11,266 bases of DNA from Amoeboradix gromovi X-113 (taxonomy: Eukaryota > Fungi > Sanchytriomycota), in NCBI GenBank assembly GCA_018985225.1, contig JADGIF010000307.1:1-11266 (forward strand), read 5' to 3'. Positions 1-7,654 of the stretch are shown here, in pieces. Position 1 is the first letter of the stretch. Every line of letters begins with the position of its first letter. Position numbers and translations under genes: made by a program. A model generated the notes under the pieces. That model worked only from the letters and a program-made list of their open reading frames with translations, was not told the DNA's origin and did no database searches.

Positions 1-185
1 AAAGCTGAAATAATGTTCCAAGTTGTTACAGAAAGTTAGTCTAGTTTTTATATTTGATGTCCCAGTTGTAGTTTTGAATAAAGTAGCCAAAAGCAGTTAA
101 CAATGTTTTAGACAAGTCGAGGAATTAAAAAGTTTGCTATTAGTTATAATCGTCATTACAACGTGAATTATGGCTGCCAATATAT

Positions 186-617
186 TTACTTAATATACTC
201 AATAGGCGTGCAGTTCTTCTTCAAGTTTGTTACCATTTTATCAGCTGTAATCTCGCCATCCCTGCAGTCAATCATATTTGTAATCACACATGTTGTAAAA
301 ACTGTGATCTTGGAAACTTTTTTGTTGTTCACTAGTTTCGAATAATATCCTCCAACTGCTACACCACAGTCTTTGTTTGTATTTGTAAACGTCCCCTTGC
401 GTTGACCTTTCACCAAAGTTACACAATCCGAATATTCATCAGCTGCAATGAATTCTTTAGACTTCACACAGTTTCCAAATACTCTTCGAACGCAAATAGC
501 GTTAATCTTTACATTTTTAATTTCCCGATTGAATGTCAAACTAGTGAAGTAATTGCCAGTGGCTATTCCGCATTTTATTGCACTAATCGCTAAGACTGAA
601 AGAACTTGCAAGAACAT
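186..617 (-). CDS. Small secreted cysteine-rich protein (143 aa, 8 Cys) made of two tandem ~68-aa repeats; effector-like, family unknown
   Basis: ATG in an AT-rich context (TTTTTAAATG), hydrophobic N-terminus MFLQVLSVLAISA, and 143 open codons in AT-rich DNA. Protein-level internal repeat: C16-C50 aligns without gaps to C84-C118. The TAA stop is overlapped by an AGTAAA poly(A)-like hexamer. Confidence 0.78.
   Translation of the reverse strand: MFLQVLSVLAISAIKCGIATGNYFTSLTFNREIKNVKINAICVRRVFGNCVKSKEFIAADEYSDCVTLVKGQRKGTFTNTNKDCGVAVGGYYSKLVNNKKVSKITVFTTCVITNMIDCRDGEITADKMVTNLKKNCTPIEYIK
210..572 (-). repeat. Intragenic tandem duplication, two units with pattern C-x25-C-x7-C-x14/17-C
   Basis: CGIATGNYFTSLTFNREIKNVKINAICVRRVFGNC vs CGVAVGGYYSKLVNNKKVSKITVFTTCVITNMIDC: ungapped, offset 68 aa, 10/35 identical including all three Cys, with many conservative pairs. 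Confidence 0.75.
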
Positions 618-1925
618 TTAAAAATTGGAATTCTATCGCTATTTATTCATTTTTTTTGGATATTAATGTTCAATTATTGGTTAATGCAAATACTCAAGTG
701 AGCTTGTACCAATCAAAAGATAAATAAGCAAGTGGCAAGAACATGGTTTTTTTTCATTTGCATTTGCAAAATTATCATATCCAATTTAGATTAGGAAGAG
801 ACTCACTGATAATCAATGATTACGTTTAGTTTTGGCTAGAAATGTCATACCATCTTCTTGAAATTCTCATCCTCAAGGAATAAATTACATGACGCATAGG
901 CTCTAGCTTAATACATTTGCTAGTAATATAGAAGCGTGAAAACGGATCTAGCTTTAGTTTATCTGATACCTTTGTTCATGCAGTCCGAATAAAGCTACTT
1001 TTCGCTTTGATTTGAGATCTTATCATTTCCATATAGCTGCTTAGTGTACTTTTATATCTCGAAATAAGTTTCCATTAAAATGTCACACCTTGTGTACTTT
1101 TGACTAGTAAATACCTAATTAAATTCAACTAATGCCTTTCCCTCAGAGAGCGTGCAGAGTTATGTATCTGCTGGTAATTTCTTTAGAATTGATTACTCTA
1201 GATGTGGTGATTCAGAGACATTATCATAGATGAGAAGAAATAATATCAAGTTATTATCCAATCAAAAAATCTAGAAAGAAATAAGCTATATATGTAGCTC
1301 CTGTAATTACTATGCATGCTATGTTCCACCAAATCTGTAGCTATCAAGTTTTACACGGGTTTTCTATTTCTGGTTTTGTATCCGATGCCAATCGACTCTC
1401 TCTGTGTCCATTTATAAAATAATCCCGAATTTGATTTCTCTGCCTCCTGAAAAGACATTTCAAGTATGTCACTATGCCAATCTAAGACCTAAACTTAAAT
1501 CTATTACTGGTTTCACCCGGGGCGCAGAAAAGAGAAGAATTCTTAATGAAATTTAGCCATGTTAAATTAAGGTAAAAGTTACTTTAAACTCTGGCTAAAA
1601 TCCTTTTGGTTTTGCATAACACTAGCCTAATTTAGTTGATCTTTCTCATAAATTTTAGTTACTTCTACATGTCGAAAAATATGATCCCAGACTATGTCAT
1701 TAAACTACCAGATTGCGTATTGCAAGTGTGCAAAAATTATATTGGCAGCGGTCCCAATGATCAGTCTCTAAAATGGTTAATAGTTACTCTAGTCTTGTAT
1801 AGTACTGGATGAGCGATTGTTATATACGTCTTATCATTATTAGAGATACTTAATGTATACTTCTGGATAAATATACGACAGAGATAAAAACTATATAAAA
1901 AAAGGTTTGAATTAAGCGAAGTTAA

Positions 1926-2177
1926 CATAAAGCAAAGCGTAAAACTGCTTCGCCAACTTTTCAGGTGAAATCCAGTGAAGCACTTATTCTCTCAGCATTA
2001 ATTACAGGTAAATTGATGTTCAAAATCTAACCTACAAACCTGGTTAATGTAGATGTTCCGCTGCATGTCTGTTACAAAATTACACCAAAGCCGTACCAAA
2101 CTGTGCTGGAGAAATACATATTTGACGAGACTACCAACGAGATGGTGAAGATGGAATCAAGCACCTCAGTGATTTAA
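1926..2177 (+). pseudogene. 3' remnant, or spliced terminal exons, of an unannotated plus-strand gene
   Basis: The frame reads HKAKRKTASPTFQVKSSEALILSALIT..DVPLHVCYKITPKPYQTVLEKYIFDETTNEMVKMESSTSVI* and ends in TAA overlapped by AATAAA (2176-2181). Its single internal stop (2028-2030) lies inside a GTAAAT..CTAAC..TAG 45-nt intron-like segment (2008-2052). No start codon found upstream of that segment. Confidence 0.3.
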
Positions 2178-2192
2178 TAAATGGATTTATTA
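2175..2192. terminator. Facing poly(A) signals of convergent units forming an inverted repeat
   Basis: TAATAAAT-GG-ATTTATTA: AATAAA on + at 2176-2181 and on - at 2191-2186, the latter 14 nt after the stop of the 2206-2673 gene. Confidence 0.5.
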
Positions 2193-2205
2193 TGCCGACT
2201 AGATG

Positions 2206-2673
2206 CTAAGTGTCTTCCGACTGGCGCGTCAGAGCGCTGGTACCGGGTTTAACAGGTTGGGACCCCCTGGATAGAGAGCCGAGCACTGAGGCACTCTCCT
2301 GGGAGCTGACACTAGAGGTTGATATCTTTTGGGATATCTGGCTGCTTATTTGGGCTGGACCGGGCCTGCTGTCCAAGGGCGCGGATTTACTGGTCGCGCC
2401 TTCAAGGCTGGCGTTGGCACGGCGCTTCTTTTCACCGACAGCAGTAGCCCCACCCACAGAAGCAGCAAAGAACAATCCCCCCGCACCAAACGCCCAGAGT
2501 ACGATGGCCACAGGAAAGCAGAAACAGCAGCAGCAAATAGATAAGCATGCGTCCGATTGGTCATCAATGTTACCCGCTGTTTCTGGATCTCCAGATACTA
2601 CCGGGTTTGGTTTTTGTTCCATGGAACGTGGCTTCAAAGAGACCCATACAAATTGAAAGAGAATTGATAGCAT
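2206..2673 (-). CDS. Hypothetical membrane protein (155 aa): short signal-like N-terminus, Cys cluster plus long hydrophobic segment, KKRR, Ser-rich tail
   Basis: First ATG is at 2673 (the ORF track start at 2700 is GTG). MLSILFQFVWVS, then CLSICCCCFCFPVAIVLWAFGAGGLFFAASVGGATAVG followed by EKKRR (positive-inside stop-transfer). GC is raised relative to the flanks; AATAAA lies 14 nt after the TAG. Confidence 0.65.
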   Translation of the reverse strand: MLSILFQFVWVSLKPRSMEQKPNPVVSGDPETAGNIDDQSDACLSICCCCFCFPVAIVLWAFGAGGLFFAASVGGATAVGEKKRRANASLEGATSKSAPLDSRPGPAQISSQISQKISTSSVSSQESASVLGSLSRGSQPVKPGTSALTRQSEDT

Positions 2674-3078
2674 CAGTGTCCTAGACAGATATAGTAGCAC
2701 AAGAAAGCAAGGTTACTGTGATTGCAGGTATATTGTTTCGTGGATATCAATCAGCTCAGTAAAAAGTTAAAAAGTTAAAAATGCTCCCGGAGCGACTCCT
2801 TCCAACCTTTCACTTTCTTCATGTGCACAGCCAGTTTTTCTGTATGTGTATTCAACACATGGCTGAATAAGAATCGGCAGGGTTTACAGGATGGCAATTG
2901 TTGCTGTCTCTAGAGATTCTGCAACAAGTAACTAACAGCTACCATAGCCGCTTATCTTCTCACGAGCTGCGGGTGCAGACAGAGCAAGACTGCTACGAAG
3001 TGCTTGCACTGTAATAGCAGATGCTTCTTATCGCTGGCACTCTACTGAGGTTTCATTTCCAAGGATAAAATACGGAGG

Positions 3079-3624
3079 ATGTTTACCTGCTGCACCATGG
3101 AAGATCTGATTACCATCATCCCGAAGAACTTTGACGAGGATGTCGAGGAGCAGCTCATCCGATCCATAAAGATCAAGTATATCAACAAGATCATACCAAA
3201 CGTGGGTTGCAGCTTAGCTTTCTGCGAGCTGCTGGAATACGATCAAGGCTTTATATTACACAATGACGGAAGCAGCTACCACAACTCAATATTCAAAATC
3301 ATCGTGTATAGACCACTGGTAGGTGAGATACTTCAAGGCAGGATCTCAAGAAGCTCGAAAGGCGGAATATTTGTCCAGTGCCAGCAGTTCTATGACATTC
3401 TGGTGCCACCAAGATGCATGCCTAGCAACATGGAATACATGGAGGATGAGCAGGTCTGGGTCTGGGCTATGGATGGGCAGAAGAGCTGGCTGGACTCAGG
3501 GGAGGACATCAGAATAAAAGTGGAAAAAGAAGAGTTTTGTGGAGAGGAGAAGAAGAGCGGGTACCTGATAATCGCCTCTATCAATGGCGACGGGCTGGGG
3601 CTTACGAGCTGGTGGGAAGATTGA
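3079..3624 (+). CDS. RPC25: DNA-directed RNA polymerase III subunit RPC8/C25 (Rpb7 family), intronless
   Basis: Family hallmarks: MF..EDLI.I.P..F, KY.NKIIPNVG, DGSSY, F..IVYRP.VGEIL.GRI, EQVWVW, GEDIR.KV..E.F and C-terminal I.ASIN.DGLGLTSWW. Confidence 0.96.
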   Translation: MFTCCTMEDLITIIPKNFDEDVEEQLIRSIKIKYINKIIPNVGCSLAFCELLEYDQGFILHNDGSSYHNSIFKIIVYRPLVGEILQGRISRSSKGGIFVQCQQFYDILVPPRCMPSNMEYMEDEQVWVWAMDGQKSWLDSGEDIRIKVEKEEFCGEEKKSGYLIIASINGDGLGLTSWWED

Positions 3625-3900
3625 GCGCAGGGTTGGTTGCAACTCTGCATAGCATACTTGCCACCCAGAGATGTTTACGGTTGCTTTGTGAGGGCAGGTA
3701 AAGCAGATTCAAACGCTGAGGGGTCTCTCTATCAGAGACGCTCTGGCACAGTAAATAAACAGCTTGATCTTTTATCCAAGGATGCCTCGTCTAAGCCCAC
3801 TTTCAGGCCATATGCATATTTGGATAGTCATATCTCTGCAAACTTCCGCAAGTCGTATCTTATCTTGAAATAGTAGTTACATGTTTTTACAATCCAGTAA

Positions 3901-3906
3901 TTTATT
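3901..3906 (-). terminator. AATAAA poly(A) signal containing the stop codon
   Basis: Minus strand reads CAA TAA A; the TAA stop (3904-3902) is embedded in AATAAA. Confidence 0.5.
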
Positions 3907-4471
3907 GCTGGTCCGGTGCAGTAAGAGCGTCTGACGGACACAACGCTAATCCGGCGGATAGTATAGCTTTCAGATTTACATTGCATTCCTCGGCCATTCT
4001 GCTAAGCGCTGTATGAGCTGGACATAATGTGGAGTACATAACTGGCCTTGCATCGAACCGATTTGTGGGATTCTCAGTAGTCGCAAGAACGCCACACTTA
4101 CTTGTGTCAAACTTAAGGCACCCCTGTAGCCAAACTGCAACTCGATATATTCGAAAGTGCGAGATCATGGGCCTTGTAGCTTTAATGGCACGGACCATAT
4201 TTCTTTTTCGCAAGCTTCTTCGCGCGGTCATGAAGCAAGTATTCTCTAATTCAGACATGACATAATCTACAACCATCGCATTATCATCTGTGAATTGATC
4301 TGATGGCCGGGACTGAACGGCTTCCAGAAACCTGAGTTTGGCTTCCTCTGACCAGGCATTACCTCCGTATAAAGGGCATGATCCGCTTGCTGCTTCAGCC
4401 TCACCATCAATCCCTGGCCGCGCACCATTAAAATTTAAAATTTTCCCAAATAAAAGAATGCTCAAAAACAT
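3902..4471 (-). CDS. Hypothetical secreted protein (189 aa, 7 Cys), no recognised family
   Basis: First ATG is at 4471 (the track start at 4480 is GTG). Short hydrophobic N-terminus MFLSILLFG, long ORF with raised GC, and stop embedded in AATAAA as in neighbouring genes. Confidence 0.65.
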   Translation of the reverse strand: MFLSILLFGKILNFNGARPGIDGEAEAASGSCPLYGGNAWSEEAKLRFLEAVQSRPSDQFTDDNAMVVDYVMSELENTCFMTARRSLRKRNMVRAIKATRPMISHFRIYRVAVWLQGCLKFDTSKCGVLATTENPTNRFDARPVMYSTLCPAHTALSRMAEECNVNLKAILSAGLALCPSDALTAPDQQ

Positions 4472-4515
4472 TTCCCTCACTCCTTCAATCTGTCATATTG
4501 TTGCACAAAACCTGA

Positions 4516-5295
4516 ATTTCTAGTCACGTTACATGGAAAAATCTACATCAAGACCTGGATAAGTGGATATGGAGTTTGTTTATTCAGTGTAATGTAATTC
4601 TGAAGTATTAGCAAAACAGATTCCTGCAACGTGACGCCTTGCTCATCAGGACATTATCTGAGCCCGATATTGTTGGTGGTAACTATTTGAATAAGCTCTT
4701 ACTCTTGTTGCAAAAGGGTGCTCTATCGGGTATAGTAGTGGATACTTTTTACAAACTAAAGACATTTTGTTTCGAGCATGCCGGTGATATCAACATTGAA
4801 ATAAAATGCTTACTCTGGAATGCAAGGGCCAAGCTTGAATTTAAAATAGCTGTCCATCCACAATTTCCGTGTCTTGTTCATTGATAGTTTGATGTTTTGA
4901 TTATGAGAGACGATAATAACATGGTGACAATCGTTCCTCAGTGGAGCGGTTCCCACAAAGTAAATGGCTTCTTTTTCATACATATAGTCTACACACTTTT
5001 CAAGGGCATTTTTGCACCCGAGAGATGCTCAAGTATATCAAGTTCATGTATTGCAAGCAGTTCTGAAAAAAGTAGAATTAACGCAACACGAAATTGTGAC
5101 CAACCAAATCGTAAACAAGATGAAAGTCCTGCCTACGAACATCTTGCTCTTCAAATCATGTGCACAGGTCTCAGAGGTCTACATCTATTTCTGGGGCTAA
5201 ATGACCACGACGAAGTTGAATACGTCCAAAATTCAAATAGGATTGAAACAAATGCAAGTAAACAATACTTGAATACATTACTATTCAACTTTTAG
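4516..5295 (+). pseudogene. Probable decayed gene of unknown family (joins track ORFs 4639-4884 and 4897-5295)
   Basis: One frame of 260 codons with only three internal stops (TAG 4609, TGA 4882, TAG 4885) in AT-rich DNA, where roughly 15-18 would be expected by my rough estimate. No clear start codon and no recognised motif. Confidence 0.4.
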
Positions 5296-5668
5296 GATTT
5301 GAGGCAAATTCTTGGGCTAGAAACTACTGGTAAGTAGCACGATTCCTTCTCCAATTCCTTTACCATAAATTCACGATACTGTGAGGATAGAATTTAGAGA
5401 TTTCTTCCATTAGTATTTGTTACATGGCAAACGTTGATGTGCCACTGCATAATGACAGCATGTCCAGTTGGATTTTAGTTAGACATGATTCACTCTATTT
5501 GGGTTGTATTCGTATTTGTCATTTTGCAAGTAGTTTGCTGCAACGATATAGCTGGCAAGTGAATTTTCAATACAAATTATTAGCAAGCATATTTTAATTA
5601 AAAACACAAAGCGAGTTGCTTTTGATTCGCTAGCATATTCACAAATAGTAAGTATTCAGCAATAGTCA

Positions 5669-6478
5669 ATGCTGCTTACAACACTAACAGCTGGATTGGT
5701 AACCCCTAGTGCATTGGACTTACAAAAGTTTTCCAATGTTAGATTCGATTCCACTAGTTTGGCTCTATCTGGTGATCTCGCTTGTGCAATAGAGTATGCT
5801 GGACATGTAAAATGTTGGAACGCTTATGATACAGCTGCTAAACCGCGTATAGTAACGACACCCGAATCGTTTCTTTCGATTTCAATTTACGGAAACTATG
5901 CATGTGCGACTAGTGCGCCAGGCGAGCCATGGCGAATTTACTGCACCAAAGACATCAAAGAAGACTCGGTGGAATGGGTGCTTGTCTATCATCAAGATCA
6001 CGTGGTGGATGACCTTCTACATTCAGTAGAGCTTGACGGGAGCACTCTTTGCTTCGCTACTCAGTGGAAGCTGAATTGCGCCAACTTTTCCACAGTATTT
6101 AAAGATAAGAAAGCATGGAGTGAAAAAAAGCTACCCCCATTATATAGCATATTAGATATCTCAATATCGAGGAAGCGTGCTTGTCTTTCTTATTTGACGA
6201 TTGGGAGAGCTGACTCTATATCCGATTGCACTGAGGACATAAATGTTAAAAGTCCGGTATGGAAGCCATCGGATCCATCTGCTTCTGGTGTGCAAATCAA
6301 TAAGGATAAAATGTGTGGGACAGATCCCTGGGAGTATTTAGTATGTTATAAGGATAAAAAACGGATAAGCTACGATAGACGATATGTAATGGGATTTGCT
6401 ATTGATGACACTCATATTGTCTTACAGTATTCTGACAGTTCTGATAATTCATTTTTTGTTGCGAGGTTTCCTTTTTAA
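5669..6478 (+). CDS. Secreted six-repeat beta-propeller, tectonin/tachylectin-like lectin candidate (269 aa, 10 Cys)
   Basis: Signal-like MLLTTLTAG. Repeats of ~34-49 aa: SLALSGDLAC..HVKCW, SISIYGNYAC..IYCTKDI..W, SVELDGSTLC..LNC..W, DISISRKRAC..DCTEDI..W, GVQINKDKMC..LVC, and GFAIDDTHIV (no Cys). Confidence 0.82.
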   Translation: MLLTTLTAGLVTPSALDLQKFSNVRFDSTSLALSGDLACAIEYAGHVKCWNAYDTAAKPRIVTTPESFLSISIYGNYACATSAPGEPWRIYCTKDIKEDSVEWVLVYHQDHVVDDLLHSVELDGSTLCFATQWKLNCANFSTVFKDKKAWSEKKLPPLYSILDISISRKRACLSYLTIGRADSISDCTEDINVKSPVWKPSDPSASGVQINKDKMCGTDPWEYLVCYKDKKRISYDRRYVMGFAIDDTHIVLQYSDSSDNSFFVARFPF

Positions 6479-6483
6479 ATAAA
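6478..6483 (+). terminator. AATAAA poly(A) signal overlapping the stop codon
   Basis: TTT TAA ATAAA: the hexamer starts at the last base of the stop codon. Confidence 0.5.
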
Positions 6484-6654
6484 TCTGTCAAAATCGCATC
6501 ACACCAGTGTCTCGGATCTTTAGTGCTGAAGTAGACATGCTTATTAGGATGAGATTGTTTTGAATTGATGCCTCCGAATCATCGTTAATAATTCTCACAA
6601 GGTAGAATCCAATAATTTCTTCAAGCTGGTAACATAAAAAGCAAGCATTATTAA

Positions 6655-6957
6655 AGATCCGAGCCGCCTTCCATTATACCTAATCCGGTTCTGCTAACCA
6701 AAAATGAGCTCAGTGCTGAGGAGAAGAACACAATCGAGAAACTGAGCAACGATATCATCACATCAATACACCCAGAGGGGTCTCTGCCATACAGATATTT
6801 CACCCGCGTCATCTATCCGGACTTGGAACCAAGGCCGAAGCACAAGAGCAACCAATCAGGACCTGTGAGGAGATCAAAATCAATAAACACTGAGCGTCTA
6901 TTACTAGCACCTTTCCTTGTAGCTACACTTTCCAGTGGTGACTTGCCCCGCTTATAA
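6655..6957 (+). pseudogene. Start-less open frame of 100 codons, probable gene relic or orphan exon
   Basis: RSEPPSIIPNPVLLTKNELSAEEKNTIEKLSNDIITSIHPEGSLPYRYFTRVIYPDLE... has no in-frame ATG, protein-like composition and higher GC than the flanks. Not listed in the ORF track. Confidence 0.3.
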
Positions 6958-7654
6958 CCAAAAACAACTGGCATTACCCATACCTTGCAACAATAACAGG
7001 GCTATGCTGTGTAGGCTGTTATCCTCAATTAACGTAGAGCGACCCCTCATTAAAAGTCCTGCTTTACCACAAATCAATAATTTCACAGAAGAACTAGCAG
7101 TAGCTGTTGCTCCCTAAAGAAATTGCTCACACTTCCACTACATTAGGCGGCACTGGGCCAGGATTATTTCAGAATTAGCCCTCGCTAGAATTGAACTTTG
7201 GGAAACAGAATTATCTTTTTCAGTAAAAGCCTGAAGTAGACTCAGCACACTTTTGTATATAAATATGTGCATCTCTTTTCAGCAAGGCACATATGAAAGG
7301 TACCTAATCCAGTTCCTTCTTTCCAGCTAGTATTCCAGTCGAAGAGTCCCTGGCATATATCTCTGAGGTGTACCCAACTGAATCTGACCCGCGGCTCGCT
7401 CGACAAACCGTGAACTCTATCTTGAAGAGTGATTTAAGTAATTAATTTATTTGAGCATACCATTTCACATGCTAACATTAGCCCTAGTTTAATAAACCTA
7501 TATGACTGGTTACTTTCAGTTAAGGAAAGCTCTCTGATGTGAATTTGGTGATTATAACACTCAAATTCTTTTTCTTTTTGACATATAAGACACAATCAGA
7601 AATCGACACCATCGCATTGAACAGTGGATTTGATTGATGCCAGAATTGGTATTT

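Noticed and set aside
826-1074. Minus-strand frame of about 82 codons with one internal stop, and a hydrophobic plus frame around 1636-1968
   Set aside because: No motif, start/stop signature or compositional support beyond what scanning six frames could give by chance.
2210-2656. Plus-strand 148-aa ORF and nested short ORFs
   Set aside because: Non-ATG start and antisense to the minus-strand gene, which has a coherent signal/TM/KKRR architecture and its own poly(A) signal.
2761-2927. AAAAAGTT tandem (2761-2781) and imperfect palindrome TTGTTGC..TCTCTAGAGA..GCAACAA (2898-2927) in the divergent promoter
   Set aside because: Short. The GTTGC/GCAAC half-sites are too far apart for an RFX X-box, and there is no other support.
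3622-3750. Selenocysteine/SECIS interpretation of the RPC25 UGA (GTGA..AAA..TGAG at 3688-3720), and a U1-like ATACTTGCC at 3654
   Set aside because: SECIS helix II does not pair and the AAA spacing is too short; RPC25 is not a known selenoprotein. The U1 5' end is mismatched, with no U1-70K or U1A loops and no Sm site.
4320-4365. Myb/SANT-like WSEEAKLRFLEAV in the 3902-4471 protein
   Set aside because: Only the first helix pattern is present, the later Trp/SHAQKY elements are absent, and the protein looks secreted.
5012-5200. Protein kinase N-lobe resemblance (VYQV..AVLKK..EI..NIL)
   Set aside because: No Gly-rich loop, HRD or DFG found; too weak to assign.
4528-5427. 9-bp direct repeat GTTACATGG (4528-4536, 5419-5427) flanking the relic, as a possible Mutator-type target-site duplication
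   Set aside because: Many 9-mer matches are expected by chance in 11 kb; no convincing TIRs or transposase motif.
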